Below are positions 15,719-23,237 of a stretch of 27,036 bases of DNA, piece by piece. The DNA comes from a virus: positions 1-27,036 of the IMG/VR virus record IMGVR_UViG_3300038825_000096; one strand, written 5' to 3'. The position numbers and the translations under genes were made by a program. The notes below the pieces were generated by a model. That model had not been told where the DNA came from and searched no databases. It worked only from the letters and a program-made list of their open reading frames with translations. Position 1 is the stretch's first letter, and each line of letters starts with the position of its first letter.

Positions 15719-16153
15719 TTAATTATAAAGCCAAATAACATCTTGGTCTTTTTGTTTATCAACATCACAATGTATAAAACTCTTACCGATTCCAATTCTT
15801 GTTATTCCCACCTCCATTAAAGATTTAACTATTATATATCTATCTCTGCTGCCATTATATCCAATATCTGCCGCTATTCCTTTTTTATGGCTAGAACCTA
15901 CACGCCCACCCACTTTACTATTCCACGCCTTAGTTCTATATCCACTATTGATTTTAAATGGAATACCTGCATTATGCCTAGCATAGTCTAATTTTTCAAG
16001 GAATTTTTTATCCATTTTTGAACCTGAGTTTGGTTCATCAGGGCTATCGAATTCTGATAGTTTAAAATATTTTAAGTCCAAATTATATGTAATATGATTT
16101 GTAAATCTTGCAACCCTTAACTTCTTTAATAAATATTTTATGCATTTTAACAC
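15719..16153 (-). CDS. Endolysin, peptidase M15A-type zinc cell-wall peptidase (144 aa)
   Basis: FKLSEFDSPD...SGYRTKAWNSKVGGRVGSSHKKGIAADI...FIHCDVD carries the H..D...H zinc-ligand arrangement of M15 peptidases. The start is GTG 16153, as there is no upstream ATG in frame. Confidence 0.8.
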   Translation of the reverse strand: MLKCIKYLLKKLRVARFTNHITYNLDLKYFKLSEFDSPDEPNSGSKMDKKFLEKLDYARHNAGIPFKINSGYRTKAWNSKVGGRVGSSHKKGIAADIGYNGSRDRYIIVKSLMEVGITRIGIGKSFIHCDVDKQKDQDVIWLYN

Positions 16154-16265
16154 TATTATCTGTTTTAATATACTTAGGGTTGCTGCTATTTAATTTTCTT
16201 TTTTTCATCTGCAATTATCACATGAATTTAAGCAATACCTGCCGCCTGTTATTATGTTTATTATT

Positions 16266-16427
16266 TTACAAATTATTGTTTTCATATTTTATAAATTTAT
16301 AAATTGTAAATCCTATTGCTAAAACTAAGGATACAAAAGTTAATATTTCGTTGGAATCTGCTAGGCTAAAACCAATAGCCGAACCATTAGCCAACCCTAC
16401 TTGTATTGTGTCTTTTAAATCTGTCAT
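16266..16427 (-). CDS. Small membrane protein (53 aa), a holin/antiholin or spanin-like candidate; below the track size cut-off
   Basis: My translation is MTDLKDTIQVGLANGSAIGFSLADSNEILTFVSLVLAIGFTIYKFIKYENNNL. It runs from ATG 16427 to TAA 16268..16266 and has a clear TM segment. It lies just upstream of the endolysin. Confidence 0.4.
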   Translation of the reverse strand: MTDLKDTIQVGLANGSAIGFSLADSNEILTFVSLVLAIGFTIYKFIKYENNNL

Positions 16428-16508
16428 TTTTATTTGATTTAGGCTTACTTTCCAAGTAGGATTTTAGCTTAGTTATATTTGTATTTTTTGGTTTATAGTG
16501 TTTCTTCA

Positions 16509-17069
16509 TTATGTTAAATCAGGAGTTAAAAAATCTCTTAATGTTAATTTGCTACTCTGCATAGGTCTTTCAAGATTCATACCTGCATAATAGTTATCAG
16601 TTGATGGGCTAACATCTGAGCCTGAATTTGTTGAGTAGGCAGGAAAGCTAGACACGTTATTTCTAATATAAGAAATTAGCCTTTCGCGATAGTAACTCGC
16701 TGTGTTCATGACTTCCTCTCTTAAATGCTGTGCCTCTTCTGTTGTTAAAGCTGTTCCTGTTTCTGATGTTTTAGAATAAATATTACCATTCTCAAATTTG
16801 AACCTCAAAAATGGAATAGCATGATACACCGCATATCCTGGCAAACATTCCGCAATATAATCATCTACTAATGTTTTGTCTGCACCTGCTAATGTTCCTG
16901 CTGTTATCTGTGCTTTCAAATGGGCAGTTAAATCTGTACCTAATGCAGTTTCTATATAAAGCTTCTGTGCTTCACGCACAAATGGCAATAAAATTGCAGG
17001 GTCTATATTTAGATTCAAAGCTGTTGAATCTTTTAATTTATCTTCTGATATAAATAATACGTATGCCAT
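16509..17069 (-). CDS. Putative head-tail adaptor/connector protein (186 aa)
   Basis: It follows the portal directly. The segment NIDPAILLPFVREAQKLYIETALGTDL resembles gp6-like connector N-termini. Confidence 0.4.
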   Translation of the reverse strand: MAYVLFISEDKLKDSTALNLNIDPAILLPFVREAQKLYIETALGTDLTAHLKAQITAGTLAGADKTLVDDYIAECLPGYAVYHAIPFLRFKFENGNIYSKTSETGTALTTEEAQHLREEVMNTASYYRERLISYIRNNVSSFPAYSTNSGSDVSPSTDNYYAGMNLERPMQSSKLTLRDFLTPDLT

Positions 17070-17072
17070 AAT

Positions 17073-19067
17073 CTATCTTGGGTTTAAAAATCCTTGGTTT
17101 CTCATTCTTTTTGGTGGCCTAGCTACTAAGTTATCATTCTTTTCTGCGGTGAACCCCTCACTTCTAGCCTTTGTGTATGATATTAATTGCTTAGATGATA
17201 TATTACCTTTAGCCCCTCTTAAAGACGTTTTATAGATTTGTCTAAGCCAAAAGTGATGGCAGTTTCCACCCCCCTTATAAAGCCATATTGAATACGTTGC
17301 AGCACCTCTAGGCCCCCAACCAGGGTTTACAGCTCTATTAGTCATTTGTAAAATATCTTCCTTCCTGTAAATTTTTCTGCTAGCTGTCATTAACCTGCAA
17401 AACTCACGCGTTTCTCCCTCTTGACTTAAAAAATTATCTTTTGTATAAACATATCTAACTTTGTAAAAGTCATTATCAGACCTGTTAGTGCCATCCTGAC
17501 TACTTCTTGCATTTGGCCTAGCTGTTCCTGTTGATGCTAATTCTAACTTTTTATTAGCCTCTTCATTTAACACCTGTTCAAAATTAAAATCTTGATGCTC
17601 ACCATCTACCACCTCTTCCTCTATTAATTCCCAATCATCAGGCATATCCTCACCAAATTCCTCAATAAACTTAGATAGCTCTGTTGCCTCTTCATGCCCC
17701 TCACACGCCATATAAACCGTTTTCCCCTCATATTCATGCTCATGGTACCCCTCACACCCTTTTGTCTTTGCGTGAGCCTCAGCCTCTTCTATTGTGCTAA
17801 AAACAGGCTCTCCATCAATCATGCCTACTTTGCTGAACTTTACATCCTGCTCTATTGTATCTTCATCACCTAATTTGTCAAGCCCAAGCTCCTCACGTAT
17901 TTCGTCTGTTGTCATAACTTCTCTGATTGTCTTAGAATCAAATTGTACTGTAATTGGTTTTAATTGTACAAAGCGAACAGGCATATCCATATCGTTAACT
18001 TGGAATATTTTTCTAAGCTGTTTGATTAGCATACCTTGAAAAGGCAAAATTACTGTTTGTCTGTAAAAATCAGCAGCATTTATTAGTTCATCAGTATTTG
18101 ATGAAAAGCCATTAGCACTATCAATACCCATTAGAGTTTTAGATGTTACCCTATGTCCGCTTAAAATGTTTTGTGTCAATAGTTCTTGTAGCGCTAAATA
18201 TTGCTCTGATAATTTATCTGGTGTTATTGCTTGTATTTCTGGAGTTCTAGTCTTATCATCTGAAAATGTAAGAACAAATTTACCTGCATTATTTTGCCCT
18301 GTAAATTTATCTGTTAAACTCTGCTCTATTTGAAATCTCTCCTCTTGCGTTGGTATTCCATTTGAAAAATTAATCATAAAAGAACCTGCAAATCCACTAG
18401 ATATATTATTAAGGTGAAATTCGCTAATCCTAGAATCTATTAAAGCCCAATTGTTACAGCTAACGTAATCAGGAGTGTAGTAGCTATTCATATTAGGGCT
18501 ATAAAGACCTGCATACATTATTTGATTAGCTGAGGTTCTATCATTAACATTAAAAGCAGGAACATAATAAGGTTTGTTTTGTCTAGTATTAGCCCAATCA
18601 GAACTAATATAATATCCTGGTGTTTTACCAAACTCATCAGGTCTTGCACATCTTATCTTCTCTACTGCCACATGATATATTTCTGCTATTTGTGTTCTAT
18701 CTTTACTCCATACAATATTAAGCGCAAAAGCACCCTGTAATTTAAAATCAAAAGATAATTTTTTAATTACTTCATGTAGGCTTTCATTACCATTAGCCCT
18801 ATCCATAAAGTTTTGTAGTTTTACCCTAGCCTCTAAATCTCTATCATCTTCATCTTCTATTATCAAATCCTCTCCTGCTATCATTTCAGAAGTAGCATTA
18901 ATAATTGCTGCTGTAATAGAACTAGAGTAATACAAGTCTATTAAGAATTGAGGGTATAAATTACGCCAATCATCAGTTCCATATTCTATCCAATCCCTAC
19001 CCCTAGTTTCAGAAATAATTGGAGAAGTTGAAGTTTCTAAATTAATATTAATAATATTGTCTTTCAT
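17073..19067 (-). CDS. Portal protein fused to a MuF/SPP1 gp7-like minor head domain (664 aa)
   Basis: Portal signatures include YPQFLIDLYYSSSITAAIIN, FTGQNNAGKFVLTF and LTQNILSGHRVTSKTLMG. An acidic Cys/His linker follows (GCEGYHEHEYEGKTVYMACEGHEE). The C-terminus TREFCRLM...YKGGGNCHHFW is MuF-like. Confidence 0.75.
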   Translation of the reverse strand: MKDNIININLETSTSPIISETRGRDWIEYGTDDWRNLYPQFLIDLYYSSSITAAIINATSEMIAGEDLIIEDEDDRDLEARVKLQNFMDRANGNESLHEVIKKLSFDFKLQGAFALNIVWSKDRTQIAEIYHVAVEKIRCARPDEFGKTPGYYISSDWANTRQNKPYYVPAFNVNDRTSANQIMYAGLYSPNMNSYYTPDYVSCNNWALIDSRISEFHLNNISSGFAGSFMINFSNGIPTQEERFQIEQSLTDKFTGQNNAGKFVLTFSDDKTRTPEIQAITPDKLSEQYLALQELLTQNILSGHRVTSKTLMGIDSANGFSSNTDELINAADFYRQTVILPFQGMLIKQLRKIFQVNDMDMPVRFVQLKPITVQFDSKTIREVMTTDEIREELGLDKLGDEDTIEQDVKFSKVGMIDGEPVFSTIEEAEAHAKTKGCEGYHEHEYEGKTVYMACEGHEEATELSKFIEEFGEDMPDDWELIEEEVVDGEHQDFNFEQVLNEEANKKLELASTGTARPNARSSQDGTNRSDNDFYKVRYVYTKDNFLSQEGETREFCRLMTASRKIYRKEDILQMTNRAVNPGWGPRGAATYSIWLYKGGGNCHHFWLRQIYKTSLRGAKGNISSKQLISYTKARSEGFTAEKNDNLVARPPKRMRNQGFLNPR

Positions 19068-19077
19068 ATTTTTTATT

Positions 19078-19755
19078 TTATAAGGCTGCTAACCATGTAT
19101 TGACATTAGCTGTTAATGCCGCACTTGTACTGCTGTATATTTGTATCTCTCTCATGGTGCCATCATAGGCTGCTCCATCATCAAATTTAATTCCTATTGC
19201 TTGTATTTCTGCCTGACCTGTTTTGGTTCCTGAATCGGTTTGCTGAACACCATCTACCCATAAATTAACTGTGCCGCTAGAACGTGTTAAAACTATATAC
19301 TGCTCCCCTGTAAAAGTACCACTATTTAATGTTAAATCTAATGGTGCAGTTCCATCAATTTTTAATCTCAATGTATTGCTAGATTGAAACCTTAAAAACT
19401 CTCCTACAGCAGTATTATCCGCTAATAGCGTTCCTGTTGTTGCTGCTACATTAAAACGAATACCAATAGTAAAATCATTTGCTAATTCTATATCACTTCC
19501 GCTTAATTCTAAACACTCAATATTAGCAGGATTAAAAGTTAAAACTCCTGCTGAATATGCAGGTTGTTGGGCAGCATCTGATTGGCTCATAGTATAACCA
19601 TTGCCTGAACTATCTCTCCATTCACTAACATCAGAGCCATTTAAAACAATTCCTGTTGCCATTTTATACCATGCTACAACATTATCAGAGCCAGGTGTCC
19701 AACCGCCTTGAGGTCTTATTCTATTTAAGCTTAATTTTTGACTAAGTGATAACAT
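19078..19755 (-). CDS. LamG/concanavalin-A-like lectin domain protein (225 aa)
   Basis: VAWYKM...DSSGNGYTMSQ...FTIGIRFN...YIVLTRSSGTVNLWVDGV...GTMREIQIYS is a typical Laminin_G_3 pattern. Confidence 0.65.
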   Translation of the reverse strand: MLSLSQKLSLNRIRPQGGWTPGSDNVVAWYKMATGIVLNGSDVSEWRDSSGNGYTMSQSDAAQQPAYSAGVLTFNPANIECLELSGSDIELANDFTIGIRFNVAATTGTLLADNTAVGEFLRFQSSNTLRLKIDGTAPLDLTLNSGTFTGEQYIVLTRSSGTVNLWVDGVQQTDSGTKTGQAEIQAIGIKFDDGAAYDGTMREIQIYSSTSAALTANVNTWLAAL

Positions 19756-19756
19756 A

Positions 19757-20032
19757 TTATGTAGTTGCTCCCTCGCTGTAACCTACGCCAACTCCGCTAC
19801 TAAGCTGTATCTGCGTAACATTCATAAATAAAGTTGTTCCTGCAGGTAGTGTTGTTTGTAATGCTGAATCTCCTGTTGCATCTGCTACTGTTATTGAACT
19901 TACCACGCTTTCCACAGGAAAGTAAACACAATACCAATCTTTGCTAGTTTGGTCTGCTGTTGTAAATATCTCAGTTCCTCCATTTTTACCTAGCTGCTCT
20001 GTTAATAATTGTTGTACGTTTTCTATTGCCAT
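19757..20032 (-). CDS. Small virion-module protein (91 aa)
   Basis: ORF with an ATG start, separated from the LamG gene by a single nucleotide (19756). Confidence 0.5.
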   Translation of the reverse strand: MAIENVQQLLTEQLGKNGGTEIFTTADQTSKDWYCVYFPVESVVSSITVADATGDSALQTTLPAGTTLFMNVTQIQLSSGVGVGYSEGATT

Positions 20033-20042
20033 TTTTTAATTT

Positions 20043-20741
20043 TTATCCGTTATAAATATAATTGTTTTCTTGAATACTAGCTGTTATACTAGCTGTTGCT
20101 GTTTCGCCTACACTTGAAAGCGTAACAACAGGATTTTCGGTATATCCGTTTCCTGCATATACTATTGTTACACTATCTACAACACCACCTGATATGGTAC
20201 ATGTTGCAGTTGCAGGAGTTATGCAGTCACCTGTTATTGTTACAGTAGGGGCAATAGGGTAGCCAATGCCGCCATATGCTATGTCTAAGCTAATAACCTC
20301 GCCACCATTTTGAGTATATTGCACCTCTTCTGTTCCGCTAAGTTCTGATACTAAAACTTTTCCTTTTGTAACTAATCCTTGTACTACACCTCTCCTTATA
20401 CTTGCAGGTAGTAATACTGCTAATTCAGTTGATGGTGCTTGTTCATTATCTAATGCTGCAAAAGCCCCCCATGTAACCTCATAAACTTCGTATTTCCAAT
20501 ATCCTGATGGTTTTAAATCAACACGCCCTAAAAACACATCAGGTACTGCGTTGTAGCTAAATGAGAATTTACTATACCTGTTGTATAATTGCTGCTCAGG
20601 ATAAGCGTATTGTACCGCCCCACTCATATCATTAGTAAACTTAAACAAATACCTAGTGTTAGTATCATTAGCAGTACCAATCCTCACATCCTGAGTTTGT
20701 ATGTATGCATGAAAGCTAGAATTTGTTGTTGCGTGTATCAT
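20043..20741 (-). CDS. Virion structural protein with two GxGY...P.VT repeats (232 aa)
   Basis: YGGIGYPIAPTVTITG and AGNGYTENPVVTLSS. It is the first gene after terminator plus motif copy 3. Confidence 0.5.
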   Translation of the reverse strand: MIHATTNSSFHAYIQTQDVRIGTANDTNTRYLFKFTNDMSGAVQYAYPEQQLYNRYSKFSFSYNAVPDVFLGRVDLKPSGYWKYEVYEVTWGAFAALDNEQAPSTELAVLLPASIRRGVVQGLVTKGKVLVSELSGTEEVQYTQNGGEVISLDIAYGGIGYPIAPTVTITGDCITPATATCTISGGVVDSVTIVYAGNGYTENPVVTLSSVGETATASITASIQENNYIYNG

Positions 20742-20752
20742 AATTAGTGTAC

Positions 20753-20767
20753 CTATTATATAATAGA
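20753..20767 (-). promoter_or_regulatory. Late-region motif copy 3, containing the perfect 14-bp palindrome CTATTATATAATAG
   Basis: Exact 11-mer at plus 20757..20767. It lies 11 nt upstream of ATG 20741 and just downstream of the terminator. Confidence 0.55.
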
Positions 20768-20788
20768 AAAAGGTCTTATTTATTTGCT

Positions 20789-20819
20789 AATAAAAGAAAA
20801 AGAGGGCATAAAGCCCTCC
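20789..20819 (-). terminator. Rho-independent terminator after the putative tail tube gene
   Basis: Coding strand GAGGGC-TTTAT-GCCCTC followed by TTTTTCTTTTATT, about 36 nt after the stop at 20855. Confidence 0.75.
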
Positions 20820-20854
20820 TAATCAAGAATATATATAAAAACTAATGATAAGTT

Positions 20855-21439
20855 TTATGATGTAGTTATAGATACATTTGTAAATGCTGCATTATCAAAT
20901 GGATTTGTAGTGTAATCAGCTACCATTGCAAAAGGCTCTGCCTCCATGCCCGATAGTGTAAGATTATAACCGCCTCTATCACCGAAAGCAGCCCCTGTAA
21001 CCATAGTTCCTGCATTAAGTTCCATTCCGTTAACAACCCCCATTCCAATAATTATATCATGTCCGTTTGTTAATTGTGCATTTAACTGACAAAATACAAC
21101 TACTTTTGTTGAAGCTAAAAGTTTAATCTCATGTTGGTCTTCTTTAGTTAGTCTATTTAAAATAACTTCTACTGTTGGCTCATAGAATACTGTTCCGTTT
21201 TCTCTACTACCTGTTATCGTATCAGTAGCTGATGCAACGCCTAATGGCATTGTGTAACGATACAAGCCAGTTCCTGCTCCCATCTCAATATCTGTTATTT
21301 CACCATTAGAAACTACAATACCTGTTCCATCAATAGGTGCTGTAAATTGGTCGTAAACTCCAAAATAAACGTATTTGATGCCACCTGATACTCTATTACA
21401 ATCAAGCCCTCTACCTTTAGTTAAATTAGTACATGCCAT
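20855..21439 (-). CDS. Putative major tail (tube) protein (194 aa)
   Basis: It lies directly after the capsid gene and is followed by a strong terminator. GGIKYVYF...TVFYEPTVEVIL...GDRGGYNLTLSGMEAEP resembles siphovirus major tail protein patterns. Confidence 0.45.
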   Translation of the reverse strand: MACTNLTKGRGLDCNRVSGGIKYVYFGVYDQFTAPIDGTGIVVSNGEITDIEMGAGTGLYRYTMPLGVASATDTITGSRENGTVFYEPTVEVILNRLTKEDQHEIKLLASTKVVVFCQLNAQLTNGHDIIIGMGVVNGMELNAGTMVTGAAFGDRGGYNLTLSGMEAEPFAMVADYTTNPFDNAAFTNVSITTS

Positions 21440-21467
21440 ATTTTTTTATGTTTTAAAGGTTATAGAG

Positions 21468-21487
21468 GCGAGAGCCGAAGCCCTCGC
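21468..21487 (-). terminator. 8-bp stem with a UUCG tetraloop between the capsid and tube genes, with no U tract (attenuator or mRNA 3' stabiliser?)
   Basis: The coding strand is GCGAGGGC-TTCG-GCTCTCGC (7 Watson-Crick pairs plus 1 G-U). Confidence 0.4.
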
Positions 21488-21505
21488 ATCTGTTAATTTA
21501 GTTTA

Positions 21506-22438
21506 TTATGATTGTCTAACAATGTCTGCACCGATACCAGTTTGAACACCACCTGAGTAACGAACAACTAATCTCATGTTGTCTGAGCCGTCTAATTGAG
21601 CCATGTCCATTAAAGTAATTCTAGGCCCTGTTCCTGTTTCGCCAAAGTCAGAAACCAAATCAGTTCCCCAGTATAAGTTAGATTTTTGTGCTGCTACTAA
21701 CTGATTATCAACCATTCCAGGACAAACAGCAATTTTGTAACCCTCAAATACAGGCTCATAGTCGCCATTCATGTTGTAAGCATTAACATATCCTAATGTC
21801 GATACTGCTGAAATATAAAATGCATAAGTCTTAGGATTCATGTAAATGTGTGTATCTTCTTTTGATAAGATATTAGGAACATTAGCTGCCATGTCAGCAG
21901 TTAAAGTTTGTAAGTTAGCTATGATGTTAGCTGCTGAATAAGCACCTGATGCAGTTGATTGTACAACTGTTGCATCAACACCTGGTAAAAGGTATCCAAC
22001 AGCAGTTCCTAAAAATCCTGTAAATTCTCCTGCATTACCTGCAACACCACTCCATATAGAGTTTTCTGTTGCATCTGCAATAGTACTACCCATGTAAGAT
22101 ATTACATAGTCTGTAAAGTCAGCAGGAGGCATACCCTCAGGTCCTGACATGTTAGCCGATTCCCATCCTGAAACTAAGTTATTTTTGCAAAGGTCAATGT
22201 TAATTTGTAGAGCCTTCGGGGTAATAATTTTATCAGCGAGCGTTAGGGTTCCCGCATCTGTAAAATCACATGTAGCATCTGCTACTAAATTTGCACCTGC
22301 AAAAGTTTGCAATGCACTCTTATAACGAACATTGTTTATTTGCGTTATAAAAGATAAAGATTTTGCTTCTTTTAAAGCCGCTGCTAGATATACCCCTGCG
22401 GATTTACCTGCATACGATTGATTTACTGTAAAAGCCAT
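21506..22438 (-). CDS. Major capsid protein, HK97-fold-like (310 aa)
   Basis: Its position after the protease and acidic scaffold, its size, and its composition support the call. The N-terminal MAFTVNQSYAGKSAGVYLAAALKE and the C-terminal RLVVRYSGGVQTGIGADIV are typical of MCP families. Confidence 0.75.
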   Translation of the reverse strand: MAFTVNQSYAGKSAGVYLAAALKEAKSLSFITQINNVRYKSALQTFAGANLVADATCDFTDAGTLTLADKIITPKALQINIDLCKNNLVSGWESANMSGPEGMPPADFTDYVISYMGSTIADATENSIWSGVAGNAGEFTGFLGTAVGYLLPGVDATVVQSTASGAYSAANIIANLQTLTADMAANVPNILSKEDTHIYMNPKTYAFYISAVSTLGYVNAYNMNGDYEPVFEGYKIAVCPGMVDNQLVAAQKSNLYWGTDLVSDFGETGTGPRITLMDMAQLDGSDNMRLVVRYSGGVQTGIGADIVRQS

Positions 22439-22464
22439 AATTTTTGTTTTTTATTTGTTAATTA

Positions 22465-23181
22465 TTATTTATTTAAGTTATATAAGAATCTTTCTTGTTT
22501 AGAAAGTTTGTTGTATTCTTTTCTTGACAATACAGGTCTTGCTTTGTCAGAACTAAATTTGTTTGTGTTAATTGGAGCATCAGCAGGACTTGCCGCTAAT
22601 TCCGTTTTTAACTTTTCGTTTTCAGCTTTTAATTTTTCTATTTCATCTTCTGCTGAAAATTCTACTACTTCTGTTGTTTTAATAGACTTAGGATTTGTAG
22701 ATGGCTCTGCTGTTTCTTCTGCCATTTCTTCAACATCACCTGTTTCACCTATCTCTCTTTTAAGGTCAGCCACAGCATCCTCTAGGTTTTTGATTCTTTT
22801 CTCCATACCTTCCCAATCGCCTACTGCTGCCTCATCATCATACTCATCCTTATCATCTTCTTTTGCCATTTCTTCCTTTTCTTCTGCTAAATCATCTGCC
22901 GTATCCTCTTCCTCTGTTTCTGATTCCATAACTTCTGAAACTACTCCCTCTTCTTCTACTCTAAATGATACTCCTGTATCTGTTTTGTAAGTTCCGATTG
23001 GAACAAGGATTGTCGTGCCATCCTCTAGCAATACAGATATATCTACACCTGCTTCTAGTTCTTCAGCAGTAGAAACGAAAATAGTTCCACCATCTTCTGA
23101 CTTAGACTGCCATCCTAATTTAATTTCTTCCTCAGCTTTGTTTAAACCAAGTGCTACTAATATTTGTTCTTTAATATCCAT
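22465..23181 (-). CDS. Scaffolding protein (238 aa, highly acidic, coiled-coil)
   Basis: Long D/E runs (ESETEEEDTADDLAEEKEEMAKEDDKDEYDDE) and a heptad-like EIEKLKAENEKLKTEL. It lies between the protease and the capsid gene. Confidence 0.7.
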   Translation of the reverse strand: MDIKEQILVALGLNKAEEEIKLGWQSKSEDGGTIFVSTAEELEAGVDISVLLEDGTTILVPIGTYKTDTGVSFRVEEEGVVSEVMESETEEEDTADDLAEEKEEMAKEDDKDEYDDEAAVGDWEGMEKRIKNLEDAVADLKREIGETGDVEEMAEETAEPSTNPKSIKTTEVVEFSAEDEIEKLKAENEKLKTELAASPADAPINTNKFSSDKARPVLSRKEYNKLSKQERFLYNLNK

Positions 23182-23202
23182 GATTAATGTTTTAGGTTCT
23201 GT

Positions 23203-23237
23203 TATATAATAGATTTATTTTGAGTTTGTTTGATTTT
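23203..23237 (-). promoter_or_regulatory. Late-region motif copy 4 plus upstream block AAAATCAAACAAA, ahead of the scaffold gene
   Basis: Exact 11-mer at plus 23203..23213 and the upstream block at 23225..23237. The element overlaps the 3' end and stop of the XkdF-like gene. Confidence 0.55.

Noticed and set aside
16395-16509. 38-aa highly basic ORF (MKKHYKPKNTNITKLKSYLESKPKSNKNDRFKRHNTSRVG) starting at a TAATG overlap with the adaptor gene
   Set aside because: It is very short and of low complexity. Its last 33 nt (16395-16427) overlap the 5' end of the more plausible 53-aa membrane ORF, which starts at 16427. It cannot be supported without conservation or translation data.
22418-22990. 190-aa plus-strand ORF, extremely Ser/Ala/Leu-rich
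   Set aside because: It lies exactly antisense to the acidic, E/D-rich scaffold gene, because GAA/GAT codons read as TTC/ATC-type Ser/Leu-rich frames on the other strand. It has no independent signals, and all other genes are on the minus strand.
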